DNA of 63,452 bases, filler included, from Bigelowiella natans CCMP2755 (GCA_000320545.1; 7 parts of 7 records of this genome joined end to end with filler, not necessarily neighbours in it), one strand, 5' to 3'; counted from the whole stretch's first letter, positions 38,170 through 51,748 are shown. A program made the numbers and translations. Notes: generated by a model from the sequence alone, not told the origin.

Positions 38170-40500
38170 GCAATAATTGGAATCTGAATAATCATGGCCA
38201 TGTTTGCCATTTTCGCAAAAAATGAACGACATTGTGAGAGCAATGACCAACATTAGGGTTACAGACGATGTTTTGATCCGAACACATTGGGGTGCAGAGC
38301 GTCTTCACGGTGGAAATCCAGAGTGGAAATCCATCATCTGTCATGATTTGAACATTTGCGACATGACGCGGCCGACGTTGAATGCACATGTGACTGAAAA
38401 TTCAATTTACGGGCAAAATTTCAAAAAAAGCGCCAGGTTTTGTCAAAGCGAACAGTTTCTTCTCGCTCTGGAAATCATCGCAACGAAATCGTTCGAAATG
38501 CAGGGCTTTGTGCATGTAATTTGTCTGTTGTGCGCAAAACCGGGAAATCCTAAAAAAATGTGTGAAATATTCGGACAAAAAACACCTAGGACATCTTCGG
38601 TCAACAAGACACATGATCTTCGAACATTTTCGGACACCTTCGGATTTCTCTAAGAGACAATCTTCGGACACATTCGGACATTTTTTGAGTATCATGTGCT
38701 TTAATTTTTTTCTTTTTAGGTTCTTTTTTATTTTTCATACACACTACATATTTTCATTTTTCAATGTTTTGCCTTAAATGAGATGTGACATTTGTTGCCT
38801 TGACACAAACGACATTGACGGATGGTCCCAGTCCTGGAGAGGAAATTGCAAAGGAAAAACGTGAGTAGGATTGTGCTCAAGAAAGAACCAATTTTCACCA
38901 ACGAAATGTTCCGTGCGACATCAAGTGTCATGCAATTTCCAGTCAATTTGTTCACTTGCACTTTCCCAGTTTCTTGCGCACCGGTTCACGCACACGTCCA
39001 GACGTCGTGGTGAACTCTGGCATTGAACGTGAACGCCGCTTGTGGGCCATCATTGGAGTTGCGCAGCGTCCAAACAACACGACGTTGACGCACATCTTGG
39101 CTTTGCCGGGATGGTTGACGTGGGTTTGAGCCAGTTCAGCAGTCAGCAGTGCAGCAGTTGTGTTTCAGGGTCTCTCTGGCTCTTGCGCCACCTGGAGTGC
39201 TGTTCTTGCTTCGATGGCAGTGCAGGTGCCGAATTGCGTGACACAACAACGCGTTCGTTTCGTCGCGACGATCCTGATTGTTCGTGCACTTTTCCTCTTG
39301 ACACTGCCTCCACATTTGTGCCTGTTTGCCAACCTCTTTTTTCCTCAGCACCACAGCACCATCACACCACCGGCCAGCCGGCTAGCCGGGCCATGCAGCA
39401 TGGCGGGCTAGTGGGTTGCTCGCCGTCAGTGTCGAGTGCCACAAGTCAACACAACGTTCATTTGCACGGTCTAGTGGTGTCCAGTCGGGCCCGTGGTTTT
39501 CAAACAGTTTTCAGTTCTGCCGTTGGCGGGTGCATTCCTTTCTTCACATGGAACACGTGAACAAGATCGCGCGCTTCGTGTTCGTTCCGTGACGTCGTGA
39601 CGACGTCCAAACATCACTGAACCATGCGCACACACCTGTTGTGCGCAATGCCATTGGGGCTGCGCCATTTCTCTGCTGAGACGCTCAATCCTTTGGCGTG
39701 CGGCAGCAGTGAACTCAATCGGACGGATCAGTTGCAATCCAAATGTCCTTTCAACATGGATGCAGCTCAGTTTGAAGGACGTTGATCACTTGGCATTGCT
39801 AGATTGGCACAGTTTAGCCGCAGTTTTGGCCTTTGGCGTTGCCAGCAACGTGGCAACGGGAATCCCCCAATGGGATGTCGCTGTTCCCGTCACTGGGGCA
39901 AGTTGTCGCAGTGGCGTGCTCATGACATCGCGACATCATGTTGACACGTGCCGGCAACCGAAGCTTCTCGAAACATTCCGGAACATTCATGCACATTCAT
40001 TTTCGCCCAAAATGTGCCATCATGTAACGGAAGTTGAATCGATGAAAAAACAACACAATTCTGAAAGCACAAGCGACTTTTCGCGCACTTCACACCCACA
40101 GCGCTGTCGAACAGCACCGATGTCACTCGACGTGTAGATGTGAGGGACAGCCGCACCACTTCTAGCACTTGCAGGTCCAGAGGTTGAAGGTGTGATTGAG
40201 TTGAGCTTGAACAAGTCTAGAAGTCGCTGGAGTCGACACCAGTTGTCGCGCACTCATCACGTGTGCGTGTGATTCTGCTAGTCTGGCATCGCATTGCACA
40301 GCTACACAAGCTAGCAAGCATGGCCATTGCTAGATTGAACAAATTCAATTGATGAATCACATCCGCTATTGCTAGTCCGTCTCACAGCACATGCAATTTG
40401 GGTTTGATCGCGCTGGCAAGCTTCTCTTTGGTGCTAGCGTTGCAACAACTACTCTGTGCGCGATGCATGCTTGCATGCACATGTACGGCGGCATTGCATA
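38170..40500. other. TpA-depleted tract, probably decayed repeat/transposon DNA
   Basis: 38881-40020: about 5 TA in 1140 bp, 4 in CTAG. Confidence 0.92.
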
Positions 40501-40928
40501 GCTACCTAGCTTGCTACTAGCTACACGAGTAAAGTGAGGATGGCCATAGATCGAACAAATTTAATCCTTAATTACATCCGTCTTACATGACGACGCGCTG
40601 CATGTGCGACATTGCTAATTGCTGTGCGCAGAGCAGTGTTCAGGCACGTACTGCTTTGTCTATTACTAGATCAGGCATGTAGTCATCACATGCAACATTA
40701 CAACTTTAGTTTGACGATAGATAATCACGGAAACTCTAAATGTGTCATGGGTAGAGCCTGGCATACACGCTACTATTTTGCTGGTAACGCTGACGGTAAA
40801 CAACGACGGCACGAAACTTATCTCATGCGATTTCCCCACTAGTTCTGTGGTTTCTTTCCGACTTGTCCAGAATGATAATTTTCGTGGACGGGCTCATCAG
40901 TATGTAAATTTCCACAGTGGCACTTGCA

Positions 40929-42323
40929 CTAGTACCTGTGGTGAAGCGTCTTTCTACAATGGCTAGCTTCCAGCCTTTGCCTCCGAAGTAACTGCTTGGC
41001 AGTTTGATGGAATTCATTCGATAGAGGAACGAGCCTCGAGTCCCAAGAGAACCCAAGTGCCGATTGTAAATTGTTTGAGAACATTTCGGCGTCTTCCGTG
41101 TTTTCGGGTACCTCCAAAGCTCTGACCGCGGTTTCGAAGAAATGCTGTGAAGGCACTATCTTTTTTGGGAGGGCTTTTATAAATTCATTTTGCCTTAATA
41201 TATCATCGACTGCGCGAAACCAGCTCTTGGCCTTAAGCTTTCGTTTCAGGGTCTTCGGCATTGACTCTCTTGCGTAGGGAGTCCCATGGCGCTTGCGGAA
41301 ATATGACTCACCCCCTTTCCGGTATCTCTTCCGTGCTTGTCCTGCTGTACAGGCTCCTGGCTTTGTATTGGTTGATGTTAACCTTCTTACTGTGCCGATT
41401 CGGACCCAAGATGTTGTTGTGGGCTTCTTCAAGAGGGGTGCTGGAGTTTGGACTGCTGGCTCCATGGAAGCTTTATCCAATGTCTTTCTTTCCTCCTGTT
41501 TATTAAGGTCCGCTTTGCTAAGATGGTTGGTTAAATCATCCACAGCCATGTCTTTTCGCGCATTCTTGAGATTCATAAATCCCTGGAGACATTTTTGCGC
41601 TCCAACCGACTCACAAATTCGCGTTGCGACTCGAAAGAACGATGCGGAAAGCTCTCCAAGGCGTGTGTCCCATACAGGTCCCACACGGGTACGAAGAGTG
41701 TCAAGAAAGCCCTCAAGGGATGCTTCAACGCAGAAAACTTCCGTAGCAGTGTTGAAAAACATTTCCGCGGGGCGTAAGATGGACTGGTTAAGGATCTTAA
41801 CAGCACCATTCTCGCGGAGAATTTTATCCACCTGCGCGAACCACCTCGACTTTAGAAATAGCTCCTTGACCTTTTCCCAGTACAAAAAGTATGAAGCCTG
41901 ATGACTTTCGGGCGGCTGAACAGTTTTCATCTCGTCGGGGGAGATGTCTGCGGACGTTGAGAAGGGTGTCTTCACGGCCGAAATGGCACGGTCCAGAGTG
42001 TTGTCAAACGTGGTGAGAAGCGGTTCCCCATAGGTTTCCCACTGAGAACATAACAGATGTACATCGTCATCAATAATCATGAAAGTCACCCAAAATGGTT
42101 ATTTTTTTCATCGTTTCTCGTGCAACAAATTGAGTGCGTGACAAACCTTGCTCACGGTGAACGTTTTGAATGGATTTCCGAGGGTTTCAATGGTCTCAAT
42201 ACTGAACTTTGCGAGACGTGAGGATGACTTTGTACTGGTAATGATGGAAGATGCCTTATCTCCAACCGCCTGGAGCAAGTCTCTTGCAATCTGCATCTTT
42301 TTTGGGTCCTTGATTTCGTCCAT
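40929..42323 (-). CDS. Hypothetical protein: perilipin(PAT)-like N-terminus plus two copies of an ~80-aa repeat
   Basis: Exon 1 (42323-42148) splices to WETYGEPLLTTFDNTLDRAI. Repeats: KSRWFAQVDKILREN...PAEMFFNTA...WDTRL and KSWFRAVDDILRQN...PSQHFFETA...WDSRL. Confidence 0.65.
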
Positions 42324-43575
42324 TTTAGATGGACGGAAGAGTTTGGAGTGTAATCCGTTGGTAGAACAACTCTATAATTTTATCACTTACACTCTCCGGC
42401 TGGAGGAGAATGCAATTTGGGTCCGGCCCCCTCCAAGTGACAACAAAGAGAAGATTTATTGAAGAGAATGGATTCACCCCGAGGGCTTCTTATTGCCCCA
42501 CTGATGCGGCTGGCCGAGAAATTAAAAAGTGCAGCCGAATTATTTAAACGAAGAAATAGCGCATATTCTATTCTATTTACAAGTCGCTATTCAGTATAGG
42601 ACTATAATAATGGGAAAACCAGCATGGTAGTTCGTTTTAAAGTGAAATGCGCGAAAATAGAGTGGAAAACTAACAGTAGACGTCCGTCGTTCCTTTCGAA
42701 AGGCATCTCGTTCCTTCCAAGGATGCAGGCCATGAAAAAAGGGATAAATATCCTAATATTAGATCTAAGTTCTCTCTTTGAAGCATAAAGAGCTAGATAT
42801 ATATATATTTTGGAATAAATTTAGTAAAATTAATTCTACGAAAATATCCCAAAAAAAATTATCTAAAGTAGGATCCGAAAACGAAGCAACGCTCATATCC
42901 CATCCGAAAGAAGCGAATCGGCCCGAACTCGAAACCGGAGAGGAGGGGGCGGAAAAAGTGATAACTGCTGCCACACTGTCGTTGTATCATTGTGTTGGAT
43001 GAGTGCATTTGTTCCCTCCGATGCTCTCACGCAATTCAATGAAACGTTGCAGGTTGGTGTTGAGGAAAGATGACACATCGATCGAAAATTTATATCGCCT
43101 TTGTTTGCTTTCCCTAGAAACTGAGGCGTGATCGTGAGGTGGGTCTGTGCCTGGAAGCTCTTTTGCACGAAGGTTACGAATGCGATGGCATAGGGTGGGA
43201 AGTAAGACGTCATGTGGCACTACTACCCTTCATATTCCTCTGTCGATTGACACCTTCCTCACCTACCGACAGTGACGCGTGCGAGCGAACGAAAGGAGCT
43301 CCAAGCGGTTAACGACGACTGCACCAAATGGAACACCAAGTTCTCCAATTCAAACGCAGGTGACTTTTAAAATTGTGTCCTTTTTTGGGAAGGATAACGA
43401 TGGAAATGGGGAAACTGTCCTCCCTCCCTTTCGCCACAATCAGACTGGATGGTTCAAGAGCCTACGCTGTTCAACAGCACGCTGCAAGCAAATGTAAGTA
43501 AGAAGGAAAGGCTTAAGGTACTCTACTCGATGGAACCATCAACCATATCTTCGCAGTCGTCTGTAAGGGCTACAT

Positions 43576-44385
43576 ATGATGACAACTGTTTTGGTAAATA
43601 AAGAAAAACCAAGCACTGGATTCCGAGCTCGCGAAACTCAAAATTCAGGTATCAATTGCTTTGAATATCCCTTAAGGAACAATGCTTTTCCCACAGTTTC
43701 AAACTCTTTTCGCACGCCTCAATTTGCCTCGAAACGTCCCAAATGCCAGATCAACTCCTTGGAGGAAGAAGAGAATTTCTTGCTGTCTCGAGAGGGGGAG
43801 AAATGCATGAAGGCAGATGTGTCGATGCTTCCTCTACACGCGTTACGTCTAGTTGTAAGGTTCTTGGCTTGTAAGGATTTTATGCAGTCTCTACTTGTTT
43901 GCCGCCGTTGGCGATACTGCTTCGATCGTACGTTCTTATGGAAGGTAAAATTAACACTAAGATTCACCCTATATTACGAATGCAATATCGACTTGAAAGT
44001 ACATCGATGCCCCGTCATCCTTCGGCACAGTTCTCAGTGACACTTTAAGATACTCCGTACGCACGCACTGAATAGGTGTACATGGTGCGCTTGGAGAAGC
44101 GAAGTATCATAGATGCGAAGGCCCGACAAGAGGAATTCGGTAGCAGCTCCTTCTCTGCATGTGTGCAATTCGAAAGAAAAGCATTCTCATTTTCTCCCAG
44201 AAGATCAATCGTCGTTTCTCTTTCTCTAATGATCATCGTCATCTATCTGTCTCCAGAAAAAGTCGCCGTTCCAGCACCGGAGGAATTTCGGGTGGAATGT
44301 GACCAAATTCGTGGTTTGCAGAAAGGGGAGATATTCGTTGAGTGCCTCAAGGTACGGCCCTGTTGTATCTGATAAATCTCTCACA

Positions 44386-44420
<35 letters not shown>

Positions 44421-44895
44421 ATCACTATCTTCAGTAGATTAGATTGTACCGTGACCGACCAAATACTTTACGTTATTCATCCCTTTGGTATTCCAGGCGC
44501 AGCAGGAAGAGATTAGTCAACTGAAGTCCCTGAAACTAGACATCGAAGGGAAAATCCGGACGAGAGTAAAGGTGCAAATCTCCTTGTTGCTGTGTGCGCG
44601 TTCAAGCTGTGAGAGTATTTTGTGATAGAAATGGCAGTATATTGGCGTTTTTAGTGTAAATGAGTGTTGCGGCCGAAGCTCTCTTCCTTCTTCCATTTTC
44701 TTCTTTTATCGGGGTCTAGGTTAGTTTGTGTTTTTAATTCCCTCAACTCTCCCCCCCCCTCCCTTCCTCCCCCCACCCTCGTTATACCACGGCAGGTTCA
44801 CAATTTTTTGGAAAGCCAGCTCGCAGCCCTGAACGACCAGCTGGGGGTAGCGCGGATAGAAATGCAAAAGGTATTTTCTCTACACACGCACATTA

Positions 44896-44933
<38 letters not shown>

Positions 44934-45374
44934 AGCGCTGTTATCTTCCAATCCATCATCATCATCACTATCATTCCTAATGACTGCTTCTACTATCAAA
45001 AAGTGGGAAAAAGTCGCCTACGACTCGACGCTGGAGAACAAAGAGCTGGCGAAGGAGATGCAGGAGAGCGATCATAAGATGAAGGAGGAACTCATGCAAA
45101 AACAAGTACTTGAATCCTTCCCTTAATTCACCACGAGCACCCGCAGCACCTCAATAAATGTGGAAGACAACACCGACTACGTCCAACAAATTCGAATCAA
45201 AAACGACCATATCATCACCATCACCATCACCATCATCATCAGCAGCATCATCATCATCGTTGTCGCCGTCGTTACGTTAGGTTATTCTGGAAACAACGGG
45301 GAGACAGCTAGGGCAGTTGAACAATAAGATAAACGTAGTTGTGGAGATCCAATCAGAGGTTGGTTGGTTGTATG

Positions 45375-45405
<31 letters not shown>

Positions 45406-45916
45406 ATCTATCTGCGGCGCTGCTGTGATAGCTGCTTGGTGTTTGCGTGCAGCATGGTGTCCTGATATACATACGAATCGATGGTGATGGTAATGATGAA
45501 GATGACGATGTGTTGTGTTGTCGCCTTTGTTGTTGTTGTTGTTTTCCCACTACCGCTCCCCAGATAAACCAAGGCAAAGACAGGGATGCACAGGATCTCA
45601 CTCTGAAGGGGCGCCTAATAAAGAAGAAAGCGCAGAAAAAGTAGTATGAGGAGGAGGGGGAGGAAGCCATCGATCAAAAGAACGCATATGCATGCATGTA
45701 TCCTCATCGTTTGGCGTTTCACCTCTCTCCCAAGAGAAGGAGGACACGGCCCGAAAATTGCTTCTCCCTGCATGTGATTTCTGGATTATGAGACTTCTGG
45801 ATTATTACTTAACGTGCGGTCCTTCCTTGCTTAGAGTGTTGAAGAGTACGGTGAAAAGCCTCCAGGAAAAGCTCGAGCAGCTCGTCAGAGAGACCACAAT
45901 GCTGAGAAAGGTCTAA
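43576..45916 (+). CDS. F-box protein with C-terminal coiled coil, multi-exon
   Basis: SMLPLHALRLVVRFLACKDFMQSLLVCRRWRYCF...LWK (F-box); downstream heptad-rich exons (LESQLAALNDQL, LKSTVKSLQEKLEQL). Both ends approximate. Confidence 0.75.
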
Positions 45917-46051
45917 ATAGGAAGAAGCTGATGAAGTTGTTGTTGTTGTTGTCATCGTTGTTGTTTCTGCCTAACGATTCCACGCTATATCCGACTTTTG
46001 GGGAAGAAACCCGGGCGGTTGTGTGGCATGACTAGATGACACCGGAAGTAC

Positions 46052-46092
<41 letters not shown>

Positions 46093-47148
46093 TTTCTCCA
46101 TGGCATGATGGATGACAATAAACGTCGGGGGTCCCAGTTTGTCTGAGCAATAGTTCTAAAAACCCAGCAATTTGACCCGCATCTTCGTTGTTCGACGAGG
46201 AGGCGATATAAATGTAAACGCGTAAATTGTCCTTTGTCCCCATGTGATGTTTGTAGGTAAGTGACGTCACTCGAACATGACAACCAACCGGCCAGGCGAG
46301 GTCGGGGGGGGGGGGGCATAATGGGGCGCACATCTATCTCCAAGCAGCACGGGACAGCAGGAATATCTAGATATGTTTAAATCTCTAGCATCTGCCATGT
46401 GTAATGTAGAAGCCATGAGTCAAATTATTAGGCTTTATCGTGCATGGAATTAAGCAGCATTACATGCACCGCGACGAATCACCATCGATTATAGTCTAGC
46501 TGTAGGCATGCGGCGCAAACTAACATTACTCTATTCAAAGCCGATTCGCCAACAGGCAATGAAGAGCGGCAGTATCGCTAATATTCATGAGCTGTGAGGT
46601 ACAGCAAATCTATTTAGACGTTGTATGCTCAAATGTGCGATGAAGTATTGCTCCTGCAACGTACACCGACCCGCGGCGCACAGGCAGCACGCGCAATGAG
46701 CCCATGCGAGCCTATAGACTCTGCGTGTGTATACGCGAGCAACACATGGGTACAGAATTACACATAGTTAAATAGACTGGGTCTCTAGTTGCATGTTATA
46801 CCTAGCGATCTAGCTGGTGCAATAAAATGCACTTTTGTGTGCACAGCGCTAGGCACTGCACACAGATTGAGTACTCCAGCACGCATGAAAAGTCTTGAAT
46901 GTCCCATTTTTCTTGATTTCAAGTTGAGATCTAATGATCTAATCTAGTAATCCAATTGAGATGGCGAGAGGAAAATCTTCTCTAGCTTCTACTATGATTT
47001 GTCGTGAATTGTTTTTTTGGTGCATTTCAATGCGAATCCATGCTTATATATATGATCCTTCTCCCTTGCCAACACTTCCAACATATACCATGAAATCTAG
47101 AGATCGCTCGTATCTATATCCGCCAAGTTATTTTCCCCCTAATACGAC

Positions 47149-47586
47149 TCATGCGAGTTTCTTGACGATGAAGTCCTTGATGACGTCCTTTCAATAACAC
47201 ACCAAAATTCAGAAGAAATCATCCTCAGACACAATTACTACTGAGCTGCTACATCACACTCCTTCGACCTCACATAGGGCGGGAAAGCACGCAAATGACA
47301 TCGTATCACTGCAAACCAGCAAATCAACCACCTTGTCATTCTCAAGAACGTACTTCCTCTGGGACAGCTCATCGAGCTCCGCGAGTTGTTCTGGGGGCAC
47401 AAGATCGTCCATGGCCTCTTTTCCAACCGCCCTTTCCACAGCAGCAGGAAACTTACCCCAGTGTGCGCACGCTAGAGAGACCATGTACTTCGCGTCCGTT
47501 CCCGTCTGAAGGAAGAGGCATTTTGATCATGTGAGTAAAAACACTACACACATACACACACACACAGGCGCGCGCACGCACACAAA

Positions 47587-47621
<35 letters not shown>

Positions 47622-48395
47622 CATCGTTGAGTCAATTTATGAAGCAGCGCGCGAATCTTGAAAGAAGATTTTTCGAGAGGCAGGGAGCAGCGGGGGATAG
47701 ATAAAAAGTGAAAATGGTGGAGGAGGGTAAAGAGATTCGGGCATAGATTGCGTTGAAAGCGCCAGCAGTGTTTCTGTTTGATATGCTTGTTCCAAAAACG
47801 GAGTCTGCACCCTCCTCCTCCTCCTCTTCCTTCCCACAAAACTAATAACCTTAGTCGCAGCAGCAACCCCAATAGCAGAGTGGGGGTCAAGCACGTAGCC
47901 GAACCTCTTGTGGTATTCACCAATAGTCTCTAGCACTTCATCGTCAGGAACCATAGCGGACTTCATCTCTGCTTTGCACGCATCTACAAGGCCCTGATCG
48001 CCCACGAGCTCCCCTGCGGAGCAAGAGAGAGGAAGGAAGAGGAGAGGCAAGTGACAACAAAGAAAGCGCGCGGGGGGGGCGGGGGGGGTTTACGATAAAT
48101 GTATATACATATATATATTAAAATTATATTCAAAGAGATGAAAGTACAGTGCTGCTTTAGACACCGTGTTGCTGCCTCGTGGCATATTCATACGATGTTA
48201 ATTTCTCATCATCATAGTCTTCATTAACTATCACGCCCCCCCCCCCGCCCCCCCTCACCAGTGGATTCGAAGTTGTTCATCATGCTCTGAAGCTTGGAGG
48301 AGTCATCGCCGGACATGTGGTAGAGGAATCGCTCGAAGTTGGAAGAAATAGTGATATCCATGGAGGGCGAAAGCGTCTCTAGGCACTCCCTCCTG
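47149..48395 (-). CDS. thrC: Threonine synthase, 3' exons; 5' part lost in the gap
   Basis: TLSPSMDITISSNFERFLY, GYVLDPHSAIG, VSLACAHWGKFPAAV, ending DVIKDFIVKKLA-stop. Confidence 0.92.
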
Positions 48396-48730
48396 CACAC
48401 ACACACACACACACACACACANNNNNNNNNNNNNNNNNNNNNNNNNNNNNNNNNNNNNNNNNNNNTTAATTAATTAANNNNNNNNNNNNNNNNNNNNNNN
48501 NNNNNNNNNNNNNNNNNNNNNTCTTCCTCCCCTTCTTAACTCCTCCTTATTTACATGTCGCCCTTAGTAGCCTGCGACTCTATACACTATACTCTAATAT
48601 GAACATCCTCTCTTTCACCGCCCATCCCGACGGACGGCATCATCATCATCATGGTCACCAGCATCGTCATCGTCATCATCGCGCAATTTAAGGACCGCAT
48701 TTACCCGTCACGTCGTCGCATCGTTCCTAG

Positions 48731-49509
48731 GTGGAGGCGCTGTTCCCCGAGGATTTCGCCTCTCTCGAGGTCCCTAACTTCATGGGGGCCTTGAAAAAAC
48801 TGGACGATGATTATCCGAAGAAGGTCGCAGAGGCGGAGGAAGCTGGGAAAGCTTTGCCCTTTAGTGAGTCTATCGACGAGAAATTGTGGGTGGTAGGAAT
48901 CAAGGCTGTCGAAAAGGTGATTTGGATAATAATAGCTACTTTGAGGAGGGGGGGGGGGGGGGGGGGTATTTTTTTTTTTTTATAACTGAAGATAAGGCGA
49001 ACGATAATCTCTTATAGCCAGTGCAATGTTTAGTGAGGATATGGCTGTTGGAGAATAGGTGGGGGGAGGAGAGTAGGAAGAGGGGGGGGGTTATCGATTC
49101 GAGTAGTTATCGGCATCCATTGGCGCAGGGACGGGGTGGGGCGTGGGCGGCCGCAGATGACATACGCGTTGTGTGTAATCTCATGCTGATTTGTTTCAAC
49201 CATCGTACGTCGCACAGGAAAGTCCTCTTGGGCGCCTCTCCGGAAGCGATAACCTGGTGGAGTTTTACACCGAAGTCTACGGGGAAAAGCCAGTGGTAAT
49301 GATCATGATTAGCATCTCCTCTTCACACCCGCTCAGAAACCATACTTTGGCGTTCGCTTGCCCCTTGTTTGTATTCGCCACTGACCCCCCCTCTCTCTCT
49401 CTCTCCCGTGTGTGCGTCTGTGTTGCGCCAGGTCGTCCAAGGGGCGGGGGCAGGAGACAAGGTCACTGCGGTTGGTATTGTAGCTGACATGGTGCGCGTT
49501 TCTCAGTAG
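48731..49509 (+). CDS. Homoserine dehydrogenase C-terminus (possibly of an aspartokinase-HSDH); 5' part lost in the gap
   Basis: VEALFPEDFASL...FMGALKKLDDDY, SPLGRLSGSDNLVEFYTEVYGEKPV|VVQGAGAGDKVTAVGIVADM. Confidence 0.88.
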
Positions 49510-49562
49510 GAAGGAGAAGGCGATGAAGAATCCTGCAGCAAATGTTGTTGTTTATTAACCGT

Positions 49563-49605
<43 letters not shown>

Positions 49606-50727
49606 CAACAAATACGAACTCGCTAGTACGCTGGAGCAGCTGATCTAGTGATGCGAAAAATAAACTCCTTGATCGAGTCCATGCATGCGTTGTTCGCCTG
49701 CGCACACGACAAAACAATGTATGTAGTAGTGTAATCGATATCCTCTAGTAATGCCATGCTAGCATGATGGTATTAGAATGTGAAACAACAATGTTTGCAT
49801 ACGTACCGCTTTTAATGTACGTGGCTGCATGCATGCTAGCACATCGTGGACACGCCATGCTAGCACGGCTCTCGCGAGGCTAACGATGCTAAAAGCATGA
49901 CAATATTCCGGTTTAACAACATGTATGGCTAGTTGGGACGATGGAGGGCTCTGCAGTCCATTCATTCACAACACATGCAGGTTCAGAAATACACACGAAG
50001 CATGCACTGTCACATGCTTTAGTGCTAGTCATCTAGTTGTGCTCGCTTTGCATGTCAATAAAGCCACCATGCTAGCATATGTACTACATGCTAGTTGCAC
50101 TCGCTCTGTCGTGTGTCTATGTGTGTGGTCATCAACCTAATGAGCTGCGTCTACATATACGTCTTGCGACATGTACGGGTTGCTGTCGATTATGATCGCA
50201 TGAGACGCTGCTGTAGTTTAGCTAGATTGTGATGGATCTAGCACAACACTACACAAGTAACACATCACTAGATCACGGTGTATTTTGAACAAATGCATGC
50301 GTCCACATGCACACCGGGCGGACAATGCGCCAACGATCGGAACTAGAGCTCTGATTCCGAGCAATGCCATCAAACACTGCGCTACATGCGCTACAACAAT
50401 GCGCATCATCTGCATGCAAAGTTGCCGACGGGCTAGCGGGGACGAAGAAAATCAGGTCACATCGGAGTTGTCGCTCGACGTACAGTTATGCGGCAAAATA
50501 AAGTGTACAGCACAGCGCTAATACACGCGGCCATTCACGTGGCGCGTGCGAAATCAATCCATGCGTTCGCGCCACTGATAGCTTTACAACATAGCGTACG
50601 CAAAGAAGTTAAGAATGTATCTTTCGCACGGAATTGGGCGCGTTCTTCATACCCAAATGATCCCACCCTCGACGATCTGCAAACGTTTGACTTTCCATAT
50701 TCCGAAAAATGCTCATTATTCGCCATC

Positions 50728-50768
50728 CTAGGTACACGAATACTGCCGGTCTGAGATCTCCCTACAAC

Positions 50769-50803
<35 letters not shown>

Positions 50804-50840
50804 TAATATCAAATTCATCAAATACCATCGCTCATACAAA

Positions 50841-50884
<44 letters not shown>

Positions 50885-51748
50885 ATATTTACATTAGATA
50901 TGTTTATGTTATCTCGAGGGAGGGAGGGCTACAACAGCAATACCTTCTCAGCCGCTCTACAAACAGGAGTGTTTCAGCAGGCTCAGACACCCATAACGTG
51001 CTTGCAACCTTGGTCCAACAGATATAAACAGATTACAAGTATGGCGTGCGGGAAGAAGGAGGAAATATCGCCTACACTGCCTGGTCAAGCCGAAGGCGTC
51101 GCTCGACTACTTTCACCACCACCACGACCACCACCGACAAACAACGCAAAGTAGCACATCCGCTGCCGTTGTTGTTTCTGTGCCCATCAAAGAAAATACT
51201 GCTACAACAACAACTGCTACTACTATTTACTACTGGTGCCGCTGCTGCGACTGCCGCGACTGCTACCTTTCTCGCAAGGAGGTCATTACCTGCCCGAGTG
51301 AATTGGTCACCAACCTTTTCAAGATGGGAGGAGGAGGAGGAGGAGGAGGAGGAGGAGGAGGAGGCGATGTGAGTGCATGACACACATAATACATATGATG
51401 CAAATATCAATATGTATCATATAATGTGTGTGTGTGGGTGAGAGAGAGAGAGAGGGGGAGGGGGGTGATAGTTACGTGCAGAGTGTGTGCTAGCTCATCT
51501 TCAAACACGGCGTTTTCGTCATCGACGAAGTACCGTTCCACCAGGCCTGAGAGTGCGAATATTGATGATTATTTGGCAGGAGCGCTAAAACGTGCTACTT
51601 CATTCATTTTTGGTGGGATGTGGGACGAGCCTTAGATATGAAACCAACATGTGCTATGCTCGACGTATTTACCTAAATATCTCTGGAGAGACCGGATTCC
51701 TAACAAACAACGCGCATAAATTTTGCATAAGTGGGCTCGCTTCAGCAT

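Noticed and set aside
38560-38700. Short spaced repeats as a CRISPR array
   Set aside because: Motif only 8 bp with irregular spacing; eukaryotic context; no cas genes.
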